Positions 16,375-24,229 of a stretch of DNA of 41,697 nt are shown one piece after another (the stretch's first letter is position 1; every line of letters begins with the position of its first letter). Source of the stretch: Acidimicrobiaceae bacterium (GTDB lineage Bacteria > Actinomycetota > Acidimicrobiia > Acidimicrobiales > Ilumatobacteraceae); the NCBI GenBank assembly GCA_031377945.1, contig JANMFL010000194.1, positions 1 to 41,697 of the forward strand. The letters are read 5' to 3'. A program made the position numbers and the translations under genes. Below the pieces are notes generated by a model. The model ran no database searches, was not told where the DNA came from, and worked only from the letters and a program-made list of their open reading frames with translations.

Positions 16375-17001
16375 CTAGGTGCCGGACAGTTTCAGGTGCA
16401 CCACGATCCGCTGGCGGGTGGACCCGGGCGGATGGCAGGCGAACATCGTCGCGGTGTAGCCGTCGGCCTGATCGATGATGTGGATGGCATCGGGGCCGAC
16501 GATCTCGGTGCCGACCACTTCGTACACGAACCGACCTTCGAGCGTGGTGAGCACCACCTCGTCGCCGGCCACCAATTGATCGATGTTGCGGAACGGACGA
16601 TCGTGACTGGTGCGATGGCCGGCGATGACCACGTTGCCCCGGTGACCCGGCTGCGCCGTTCCCGGCCAGTGACCGGGACCGTTGTCGAGCACCGTCAAGG
16701 ACACCCCCTCGAACATCGGCTTGGTCACATCGATCTTGGGGATCTCGATGGTGCCGATCTCGACGATCGGCTCGTTCGCACGCGGGTCCGGTGCCGGTGC
16801 GGGCACCGGCAGCGCCTCGGTAGTGGTGGTCGTCGGCTCGACGGTGGTGGTCGGCGCCTCGGTGGTCGTGGTGGACGACGTCGACGTGGTCGTCGTGGAC
16901 GCGGTGGTGGGCGCTGCGGTGTCGGCTGCCTGCCGGGCGTCGTTGCCGCACGCGACCAGCGCGAGTGCTGCGAGTGAGACCAGCGCCGTACGTCGAACCA
17001 T
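16375..17001 (-). CDS. Sortase-family transpeptidase with a lipoprotein-type signal (lipobox LVAC)
   Basis: ATG 17001 gives MVRRTALVSLAALALVACGND, followed by a Thr/Pro-rich linker. Catalytic motifs are VIAGHRTS (His), ATMFACHPPGS (Cys) and RQRIVVHL (Arg). It is convergent with the LPRSG protein and lies 4 nt downstream of the hemY stop. Confidence 0.85.
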   Translation of the reverse strand: MVRRTALVSLAALALVACGNDARQAADTAAPTTASTTTTSTSSTTTTEAPTTTVEPTTTTTEALPVPAPAPDPRANEPIVEIGTIEIPKIDVTKPMFEGVSLTVLDNGPGHWPGTAQPGHRGNVVIAGHRTSHDRPFRNIDQLVAGDEVVLTTLEGRFVYEVVGTEIVGPDAIHIIDQADGYTATMFACHPPGSTRQRIVVHLKLSGT

Positions 17002-17005
17002 CGGT

Positions 17006-18352
17006 TCATTCTGCCAGTGCGGCAGCAGCTTTCTGCGCGCTGTTGATGCACGCGGGCACACCGATGCCGTGATACCCGGCGCCAGCCAGCGCCAGTCCGG
17101 CGGGCAGTGCCGCTTCGATGGCGGCGACCTTGGCGGCGTGATGCGGTCGGTACTGGGGGAACGCTCCCGCCCAACGGGTGACGCGCTGTGCGGTGGGTGC
17201 GAGGTCGATCCCCAGGTGGTGGCCGACCTCGTCGATCGCGGCGTGCAGCAGGTCGTCGTCGCCGAGGTGCAGCACAGGGAGCCCGTCGCGGCCGAGCGAG
17301 ATGCGTAGCAGCACCGAACCCGGCACGGCCCAGTGCGGCCACTTCTGCGAGCCGAACGAGGCAGCCGTCACGAGACGCTGCACCGGCTTGGGCACCAGAT
17401 AGCCGCTCATCGGTCGATACCGGTCGGGCCAGTCGGCGGTGGGGACCGCGAGCGTCACCATGGCGACATCGGCCACGGGGATGGTGGCCAACGACGCGGC
17501 GGGCTCGGGAGCGACGGTGGCGAGCAGCCGCGCGGCTGCCGCCGGCGGGCAGGCCAGCAGCACTCGGTCGAAGCGTTCGCCGTCGACGCGCCAACCATCG
17601 CCGTCGACCGCCAGATCGGTGACCGTTGCGCCCCTGCGCAGGTCGGCGCCACCGGCCGAGGCGGCCTGGGCGACGCCCGCCGCCAGGGCGCCCATGCCGC
17701 CAGACGGGGCGTAGAAGACCGGACCGGCCGTGGGTGACGGTTTGGGCATCTTCCGGCCGGCCACGAGGATGCTCCGTGCCGCGCCGGCGAGATCGGCGAT
17801 CTGCGACACCGCCGCGAGGCTGAAGTGGTCGGTGTCGGCGGCGTAGATGCTGCCGACCAGCGGGTCGACCAACCGCAGGTGCACCTCGTCGCCGAATCGG
17901 GCGCGCACGTACGCGCCGAGCGAATCGTCGTCGAGCGAGGTGCGCGGCCGGAACGGTTCGGTGGCGGCGCGAATCTTGCCCGGCCACGAGATGAGCTTGC
18001 TCTTGGCCAGGGCGAGCACATCGGTGGGCATGCCCAGCAACAGGCCCTGGGGAATGTCGTGCAACTCGTTCCACCAGACCGCCGCCTTGCCCGACGCAGG
18101 CGACACGAGCGTGTCGCCGAGGCCGACCTGGCGGGCGAGCGCCGTGCCCCACGGAAGCCGGGCCAGGAACGCATCGGGGCCTTCGTCGATCGCGTCGTGC
18201 CCGGCGAACGGCGACGTGCGCAGCTTGCCGCCGAGTCGATCGTCACCCTCGAACAGCACGACCTGCTCGCCGGCGGTCGTGAGGGCCTGTGCCGCAGCGA
18301 GTCCGGCGATGCCGCCGCCGACGACGGCGACGCGGTACGGGCTGCGCGTCAC
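17006..18352 (-). CDS. hemY: Protoporphyrinogen/coproporphyrinogen III oxidase (HemY/CgoX family, FAD-dependent)
   Basis: GTG 18352 gives VTRSPYRVAVVGGGIAGLAAAQAL (the FAD dinucleotide fold). Later motifs are FEGDDRLGGKLRT and, at the C-terminus, GAGYHGIGVPACINSA. It lies 2 nt after the ferrochelatase stop. The rest of the 822-aa ORF is shadow. Confidence 0.85.
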   Translation of the reverse strand: MTRSPYRVAVVGGGIAGLAAAQALTTAGEQVVLFEGDDRLGGKLRTSPFAGHDAIDEGPDAFLARLPWGTALARQVGLGDTLVSPASGKAAVWWNELHDIPQGLLLGMPTDVLALAKSKLISWPGKIRAATEPFRPRTSLDDDSLGAYVRARFGDEVHLRLVDPLVGSIYAADTDHFSLAAVSQIADLAGAARSILVAGRKMPKPSPTAGPVFYAPSGGMGALAAGVAQAASAGGADLRRGATVTDLAVDGDGWRVDGERFDRVLLACPPAAAARLLATVAPEPAASLATIPVADVAMVTLAVPTADWPDRYRPMSGYLVPKPVQRLVTAASFGSQKWPHWAVPGSVLLRISLGRDGLPVLHLGDDDLLHAAIDEVGHHLGIDLAPTAQRVTRWAGAFPQYRPHHAAKVAAIEAALPAGLALAGAGYHGIGVPACINSAQKAAAALAE

Positions 18353-18354
18353 CG

Positions 18355-19347
18355 TCAGACCGACGCGATCACCCGTTGTGCGAGCGCGGCCATCACGCCG
18401 GCGTCGTCGTTCACGCACTTGGTGCGCGCGAACGCGATGCCGTGGCCGGCGGCCCGCAGCGACGCCTCGATGTCCAGGTCGTACAGCACCTCGAGGTGGT
18501 CGGCGACGAAACCGACGGCACTGACCAGGACGCCTTGCGTGCGCTCGGCGTCGTTCTCGGTGGCCGCCAAGTCGTCGATGACCGTCAAGATGTCGGGCCC
18601 GAGCCACGGCTCGGGCGTGCGGCCGGCGCTCTGCCACGCGATCGCCCAGTTGCTCCACTGACCCAGACCCACCGCTGCAGCGACCGCTTCGGCCGTGGCC
18701 CGCAGTTGGTCCGGGTAGGGGTCGCCCGCAGCGACGATGCGCTGCGGCAGCGAATGCGCCGTGAACAACACCTTGGTGTTCGCCGGCATGGTGGCCAGCT
18801 TGGCTCGAAGATCGTCGGCGATGAACTGCACGTATGCGGGTTCGGTGGCCCAGCTCTCGATGCCCGCGACGGCGATGCCGTGCGGCGCTGCGGCCGCGCG
18901 GGTGCGATCCAGGTACTGGCCGATGGAGAACGACGAGTAGTGCGGGGCGAGCACCAGCCCGACGATGCGTCGGAAGCCGTGCGCAGCAATGGCGTCGACG
19001 GCGGCTTCGATCTTCGGGTCGGCGTGCTTCAGGCCCAGGCTGACGACGTACTGGTTCGGTGCTGCGGCGTCGAGTGCGGCCTGCAGGGCATCGCGTTGCG
19101 CCTCGGTGCGAGCGGCGAGAGGACTGGTGCCGCCGAGCGCCTCGTAACGCGCCGTCAAGTCCGCGAGGGCCTCGGGGGTGGGTGGGCGGCCACGCCGGAT
19201 GTCGGTGTAGTACGGCTCGATCTCCTCGCGCGTGCGCGGCGTGCCATAGGCCATCAGCAGCACCGCGGTGCGGGTCTCGGCCTGGGCGGTCGTGGGGGTC
19301 GCGGGGGTCGTGGCGGTCGTGGTCGTGGTGGAATTCGTGGCGGTCAT
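18355..19347 (-). CDS. hemH: Ferrochelatase (coproporphyrin ferrochelatase type)
   Basis: ATG 19347 gives MTATNSTTTTTATTPATPTTAQAETRTAVLLMAYGTP. Further motifs are SPLAARTEAQ, LFTAHSLP and VGFVADHLEVLYDLD. The start overlaps the hemE stop as ATGA. Confidence 0.9.
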   Translation of the reverse strand: MTATNSTTTTTATTPATPTTAQAETRTAVLLMAYGTPRTREEIEPYYTDIRRGRPPTPEALADLTARYEALGGTSPLAARTEAQRDALQAALDAAAPNQYVVSLGLKHADPKIEAAVDAIAAHGFRRIVGLVLAPHYSSFSIGQYLDRTRAAAAPHGIAVAGIESWATEPAYVQFIADDLRAKLATMPANTKVLFTAHSLPQRIVAAGDPYPDQLRATAEAVAAAVGLGQWSNWAIAWQSAGRTPEPWLGPDILTVIDDLAATENDAERTQGVLVSAVGFVADHLEVLYDLDIEASLRAAGHGIAFARTKCVNDDAGVMAALAQRVIASV

Positions 19348-20393
19348 CGGGCGGTCCGTTCGTGCACGCGTGCGACCACTGCGGCCAGCACGTCGGGGTC
19401 GGTGGGCGGATGCACGCCGTGGCCGAGGTTGAAGATGTGACCCGGATGGCCGGCGTTGTCGGCCAGCACGGCATCGGTGCCGCGCAGCGCGGGTTCGGTG
19501 CCGGCCAGCGCCAGCACGGGATCGAGATTGCCCTGCACGATCAGGTCGGCGCCCATGCGCGCGCGAGCCTGATGGATGGGCGTGCGCCAGTCCAGACCGA
19601 GCACGTTCGGACCGGCGGCGTACATGCTCTCGAGCAGGTGGTCGCACCCGACGCCGTAGTGAATACCGGGGGCATCGGGATGACGCGCTGCCAGCTGCGC
19701 GAACACCGCCTGCGAGTGGGGAAGTACGAACCGGTCGTAGTCGGCGCGGCTGAGGGTGCCTGCCCAGCTGTCGAACAACTGAAAGGCGCGGCCGCCGTGG
19801 GCGAGCTGGCTGGAGATGGATTCGACGGCGTGCTGCACGAGGCGCTCCATCAGCGCGTGCCACAACTCGGGCTGAGTGTGCAGCATTCGCTTGGTGTGCT
19901 CGTACGTGCGGCTGGGGCGGCCCTCGACGAGGTAGCTGGCGACGGTGAAGGGTGCCCCGGCGAACGCCAGGAGTGGCACCTCGGGGGGCAGTGCCGTCGC
20001 CAGCGCGCGAACGGTGTCGATCACGTACGGGGTGTCCGCCTCGGCGTCGAACGGCCGCAGGCGGTCCAGGTCCGATTCGGTGCGGAACGGCTGCACGCAC
20101 ACCGGGCCGGTACCAGGTGCCACGTCGATGCCGAAGCCCACCGCATGGGCGGGCACGACGATGTCGCTGTAGAGCACTGCTGCGTCGACGCCGTACCGGC
20201 GCACCGGCTGCAGCGTCAGCTCGACCGACAACTCGACGTTCTTGATGGCGTCGAGAATGCTGCCCTCGCCGCGCAGGGCTCGGTACTCGGGAAGGCTGCG
20301 ACCGGCCTGGCGCATGAACCACACCGGGGTGTGCGACGCAGCGCGACCAGCAGCGGCGTCCAGGAACGGGACGTTGGGGGGTGCGCCGGACAT
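19344..20393 (-). CDS. hemE: Uroporphyrinogen decarboxylase
   Basis: The 349-aa ORF carries PVWFMRQAGRSLPEYR, the canonical HemE N-terminal motif, together with GAPFTVASYLVEG and IFNLGHGV. Confidence 0.95.
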   Translation of the reverse strand: MSGAPPNVPFLDAAAGRAASHTPVWFMRQAGRSLPEYRALRGEGSILDAIKNVELSVELTLQPVRRYGVDAAVLYSDIVVPAHAVGFGIDVAPGTGPVCVQPFRTESDLDRLRPFDAEADTPYVIDTVRALATALPPEVPLLAFAGAPFTVASYLVEGRPSRTYEHTKRMLHTQPELWHALMERLVQHAVESISSQLAHGGRAFQLFDSWAGTLSRADYDRFVLPHSQAVFAQLAARHPDAPGIHYGVGCDHLLESMYAAGPNVLGLDWRTPIHQARARMGADLIVQGNLDPVLALAGTEPALRGTDAVLADNAGHPGHIFNLGHGVHPPTDPDVLAAVVARVHERTAR

Positions 20394-20429
20394 CGTCCGG
20401 CACGCTATCTGGCAGCACGGTGGACCAGG

Positions 20430-21209
20430 ATGTCCGCCATGACGGATCTCTTCTCGCTCGCCGGCAAGAACGCCCTGGTCACCGGCGGCAGCCGGGGGAT
20501 CGGCTCCATGATCGCCCGAGGCCTGCTGCAGGCCGGGGCCCGCGTGATCATCAGCTCACGCAAGCAGCACGAGCTCGACGAGGCACAACTTGCGTTGTCC
20601 CAGTTCGGCGAGGTGCAGTCGATTCGTGCCGACGTGAGCACGGTCGAGGGGGTCGAAGAGTTGGCGACCGAGGTGGCGCATCGCTTCCCGGTGCTCGACA
20701 TCCTGGTCAACAACGCCGGAGCCACGTGGGGTATGCCGCTCGACGACTTCGACGAGCACGCGTGGGACAAGGTGATGGACACCAACGTGAAGGGTGTCTT
20801 CTTCCTCACGCAGAAGCTGCTGCCGAACCTCCGCGCGGCCGCTTCGCCCGACGACCCCGCCCGGGTCATCAACATCGGCTCCATCGACGGTCTGCACGTG
20901 AATCCGATGGACACGTACAGCTACGCCGCGAGCAAGGCCGGCGTGCACCACCTCACCCGGGCGTTGGCCCGCAAGCTGGGGCCCGAGCACATCACGGTCA
21001 ACGCGGTGGCACCCGGCCCGTTCGAGAGCAAGATGATGGCGGCCACGTTGCGGGCGTTCGGCGACAACATCGCCCAGTCGGCGCCGCTGCGGCGCATCGG
21101 CCGGCCCGACGACATGGCCGGCGTGGCCGTGTTCCTGTCCAGCCGTGCGGGCAGCTACATCACGGGCGCGGTCATCCCCGTCGATGGTGGCATCGCCACC
21201 ACGAGCTGA
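20430..21209 (+). CDS. SDR-family oxidoreductase
   Basis: ATG 20430 gives MSAMTDLFSLAGKNALVTGGSRGIGSMIA (TGxxxGIG). Further motifs are NNAG, YSYAASKAGVHHL (YxxxK) and PGPFES. Confidence 0.9.
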   Translation: MSAMTDLFSLAGKNALVTGGSRGIGSMIARGLLQAGARVIISSRKQHELDEAQLALSQFGEVQSIRADVSTVEGVEELATEVAHRFPVLDILVNNAGATWGMPLDDFDEHAWDKVMDTNVKGVFFLTQKLLPNLRAAASPDDPARVINIGSIDGLHVNPMDTYSYAASKAGVHHLTRALARKLGPEHITVNAVAPGPFESKMMAATLRAFGDNIAQSAPLRRIGRPDDMAGVAVFLSSRAGSYITGAVIPVDGGIATTS

Positions 21210-21225
21210 GCGGCGCGAGTCGTAC

Positions 21226-21261
21226 GGTCGTGCCGACCGTCGTGCCGACCGTTGTGCCGCT
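21226..21261. repeat. 12-bp tandem repeat x3 (GGTCGTGCCGAC / CGTCGTGCCGAC / CGTTGTGCCGCT)
   Basis: Read directly from the sequence. It fills most of the 52-nt gap between the convergent SDR stop (21209) and the Hcp-like stop (21262). Confidence 0.8.
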
Positions 21262-21822
21262 CTAGGTCGAGATCGTCGTGGCGATGTCGTACGAGGTGCT
21301 GACGTCGTCGTACGAGAACGTGATCTTGCGGAAGTTGATGCTCACGTTCTCGGTGAGCCGCGGTTCGCCGAGCGATCCGCCTTCGCTGACCGAACTGACC
21401 AGGACCTGGTCGAGCCGGATCTTCACGGTCGGCGAGCCCTTCGGGCCGATCCAGGTGAGGACGACCGATGGGAGGTGCCGTCCTGTCACGACGGCGGCGA
21501 ACAGCCGCGGGCTGTTGGCATCGACGTACTTGGTGAACGACAGGTCCTGCACGTTGGGCTTGCCGGCGCCACCCCCTCCGGCGGTCACCGAACCCGAGTT
21601 GGACGCACCCCACGAGAATGCGAGCGCGTTGAACGGCGTCATTCCGTTGCCGTTGATGGCAACCGTCAGCTTCGGCGCCGCGGGTGCCTTCTTGTCGCCG
21701 ACGTGGCCGCCGGTCGAGGCGACGGCGGTGGCTGCGGCGAGGCCGCCGGCGGCCATCAGCACTTCGCGGCGGTTGGCCTCGGTGTGCTCGAAGCCGCTGG
21801 TGGAACGATGGAACACGGACAT
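21262..21822 (-). CDS. Hcp1-family (T6SS tube protein fold) protein with an N-terminal twin-arginine-type signal peptide
   Basis: ATG 21822 is preceded by GGAGGAG. The N-terminus is MSVFHRSTSGFEHTEANRREVLMAAGGLAAATAVAS. The core contains LAFSWGASNSGSVTAGGGGAGKPNVQDLSFTKYVDANSPRLF and LDQVLVSSVSEGGSLGEPRLTENVSINF. These closely resemble P. aeruginosa Hcp1 as I recall it (GGGGGAGKVNVQDLSFTKYIDKSTPNLM and LKEVLVSSVSTGGSGGEDRLTENVTLNF). Confidence 0.8.
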   Translation of the reverse strand: MSVFHRSTSGFEHTEANRREVLMAAGGLAAATAVASTGGHVGDKKAPAAPKLTVAINGNGMTPFNALAFSWGASNSGSVTAGGGGAGKPNVQDLSFTKYVDANSPRLFAAVVTGRHLPSVVLTWIGPKGSPTVKIRLDQVLVSSVSEGGSLGEPRLTENVSINFRKITFSYDDVSTSYDIATTIST

Positions 21823-22010
21823 GGTGGTTCTCCTCCCCGCGCCCCCGGCGCAGCGGCGCGTCGCCAAATTCGACACGCACGTGCAGAGTGCATCGGCGGC
21901 GAACGCGGTGGCCTGGACCGAAAACCTGGTCGGTGGTGGTCGCACACGGTGCCGATAGAGTTTCCAGACCCATGTTTCGGGCGGCTCGCCCGGGCTGGAA
22001 CACCGTTCTC

Positions 22011-24173
22011 ATGACGCAGCACCACCCCGATCTTCCCGCTGAGCAGGAGTTCATCGACTTCGCGTACCGTTGCCTCGAACAGAGCAAGGTCGACGCGTGG
22101 AAGATGCGTGGCCTGCACGAAGGCACGCTCGGCGGCACCTTCCAGGCCCGCTACGAACGCGATGTGTTCGACGAGGCTGTGTTCAACCGGCTCACCCAAC
22201 TCGACCTGGGCGACATGGCCCTGGTCTTTGGCCGGATCGACCGTGGGGTCGATGCCGAGAGCGAGACCGACGTCGCTGCGGTCGGCGTCGTCGACGGCAT
22301 CGAGAGCTTCCACATCGGCCGCCTGGCGGTGGCCGACGAGCACGCCGACCCGGTGGTGGTGGACTGGCGTGCACCCGTCGCCGAGCCGTTCTATCGCGCC
22401 ACGGGCCGCGAACCCCTCGGCCTTGTGCGTCGGCGACACTTCCACGTCCAGGGACGGCAGTTGCTCGGCATCGAGGACGAACTGTTCGGCGAAGGCCATC
22501 TGGGCATCGGCGCCGAGGACGACAGCGAGGCCGTCACGTCGCCGGAGGGCATCCGCGGCTACAGCACGTTGCTCGCCGTGCTCTCGCGCGGACGGACCGG
22601 ACAGTTGGGCGACATCGTCGCCACCATTCAAGGCGAGCAGGACGAGATCATCCGCTCCCCACAGTCCGGTGTGCTGGTGGTGCAGGGCGGCCCCGGTACG
22701 GGCAAGACGGTCGTGGCGCTCCACCGCGCCGCGTACCTGCTGTACACGTACCGGTTCCCGCTCGAGGACCAGGGCGTCCTCGTCATCGGACCGAACCGGG
22801 TGTTCCTGCGCTACATCGAGCGCGTGCTCCCGTCGCTGGGCGAAGCCGGCGTCGAGCAGGTGGTGCTCGCCGACCTCGTCAGCGATGTCCGCTGGGCTCG
22901 CTACGGGGTCGACCCCGCCGACTCGGTGAAGGCGGCCCGGGTGAAGGGCGACACGCGCATGAGCCTCGTCATCGACCAGGCCGTCACCGATCGCGAGCGA
23001 GCGCTGCGCGACGACCTGGTGGTGCCGTTCCGTACCGGCTACGTCCGCCTGCGGGCCGACGAAAGTCACCGCATCGTGCGTGCGGCTCAGCGTCGCTTCC
23101 GTCGGCACAACGCCGCCCGCCGCTGGGTGGAGGGCGAGATCTGGGGAGCGATGGCCGCCTCGTCTCGTCTCGGCGACGTCATGCCCAACGAGGTGCGCGA
23201 CGCCATCCGCAACCTTCCCGAGGTGCGCGAAGCGTTGGAGCGCATCTGGCCGGTCCTCACCCCGGCGCAACTGCTGCACGACCTGTTCGGCAGCAGAGCG
23301 CTGCTGAAGCTCGCCGCACAGAAGCACCTCGACGAGGCCGAGTACCTGTCGCTGTACCGCCTGCGGTCGCCCGGTATCGACGACGTCCGCTGGACCGAGC
23401 ACGACGTCGCACTGCTCGACGAGGCCCGCAACTATCTCGGGTCGAAGCCGTCGAAGAACCGCACCGAGGCCGAGGACGACATCCGCACCTACGGACACAT
23501 CGTCGTCGACGAGGTGCAGGACCTCACCCCGATGCAACTGCGCATGGTCGCCCGCCGCTCGCTGAACGGCAGCATGACCGTCGTGGGCGACCTGGCGCAG
23601 GCCACGGGTGCGCTGGCCCCCGACGACTGGGACGACGTGCTGCGGTTCCTGCCCGACCAGAGGGGGGCGCGGGTCATCGGCCTCAGCGTCGGGTATCGCA
23701 TCCCCGGTCAGATCATGGAGCTCGCCAACAAGGTGATGATGGCCGCGACTCCGACGCTTCGGGCGCCCACCAGCGTGCGCGAGGGCGACGAACACCCCGA
23801 GTACGTGCGGGTGTCCGAGAGCGAACTGCTCGCAGCGGTCGTCGCGGCCACGAAGGAACTCGACACCGACATCGGCGACGGCAACATCGCCATCGTGGTC
23901 CCCGACACCATGTTCGAGTCCGTCGCCGGGGCGCTGACCAATGCTGGCATCGAACACGGTGAGGCCACCCGCTCGGGGCTCGAGATGGGGATCACCGTGG
24001 TGCCGGTCAGCGTCGTCAAGGGTCTCGAGCTCGACGGCGTCATCGTGGTCGAACCGGCCCGTATCGTGCGCGACGAGGAGCAGGGCCTGCGTGCGCTGTA
24101 CGTCGCGCTCACACGCAGCACCAAACGGCTGACGATCGTCCACTGTGAGGACCTCCCGCCCGCGATGGTGTGA
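22011..24173 (+). CDS. helD: HelD-like UvrD/SF1 ATPase (RNA-polymerase-associated helicase IV family)
   Basis: ATG 22011 gives MTQHHPDLPAEQEFIDFAYRCLE, an N-terminal coiled-coil-type domain. Motifs are VVQGGPGTGKTVVALHR (Walker A), IVVDEVQDLTPMQ (motif II) and, at the C-terminus, KGLELDGVIVV...LYVALTRSTKRL. Confidence 0.85.
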   Translation: MTQHHPDLPAEQEFIDFAYRCLEQSKVDAWKMRGLHEGTLGGTFQARYERDVFDEAVFNRLTQLDLGDMALVFGRIDRGVDAESETDVAAVGVVDGIESFHIGRLAVADEHADPVVVDWRAPVAEPFYRATGREPLGLVRRRHFHVQGRQLLGIEDELFGEGHLGIGAEDDSEAVTSPEGIRGYSTLLAVLSRGRTGQLGDIVATIQGEQDEIIRSPQSGVLVVQGGPGTGKTVVALHRAAYLLYTYRFPLEDQGVLVIGPNRVFLRYIERVLPSLGEAGVEQVVLADLVSDVRWARYGVDPADSVKAARVKGDTRMSLVIDQAVTDRERALRDDLVVPFRTGYVRLRADESHRIVRAAQRRFRRHNAARRWVEGEIWGAMAASSRLGDVMPNEVRDAIRNLPEVREALERIWPVLTPAQLLHDLFGSRALLKLAAQKHLDEAEYLSLYRLRSPGIDDVRWTEHDVALLDEARNYLGSKPSKNRTEAEDDIRTYGHIVVDEVQDLTPMQLRMVARRSLNGSMTVVGDLAQATGALAPDDWDDVLRFLPDQRGARVIGLSVGYRIPGQIMELANKVMMAATPTLRAPTSVREGDEHPEYVRVSESELLAAVVAATKELDTDIGDGNIAIVVPDTMFESVAGALTNAGIEHGEATRSGLEMGITVVPVSVVKGLELDGVIVVEPARIVRDEEQGLRALYVALTRSTKRLTIVHCEDLPPAMV

Positions 24174-24229
24174 CGATTCACCCCGAGCAGGGTGAGTCGG
24201 TTCGCGGTGCGACAGGTCACGATGTCGGC

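Noticed and set aside
21262-24173. The Hcp-like gene could mark a type VI secretion locus.
   Set aside because: No TssB/C, VgrG, PAAR, ClpV or baseplate-like proteins are recognisable anywhere in the 41.7-kb window. I therefore treat it as an orphan; the rest of the genome must be checked.
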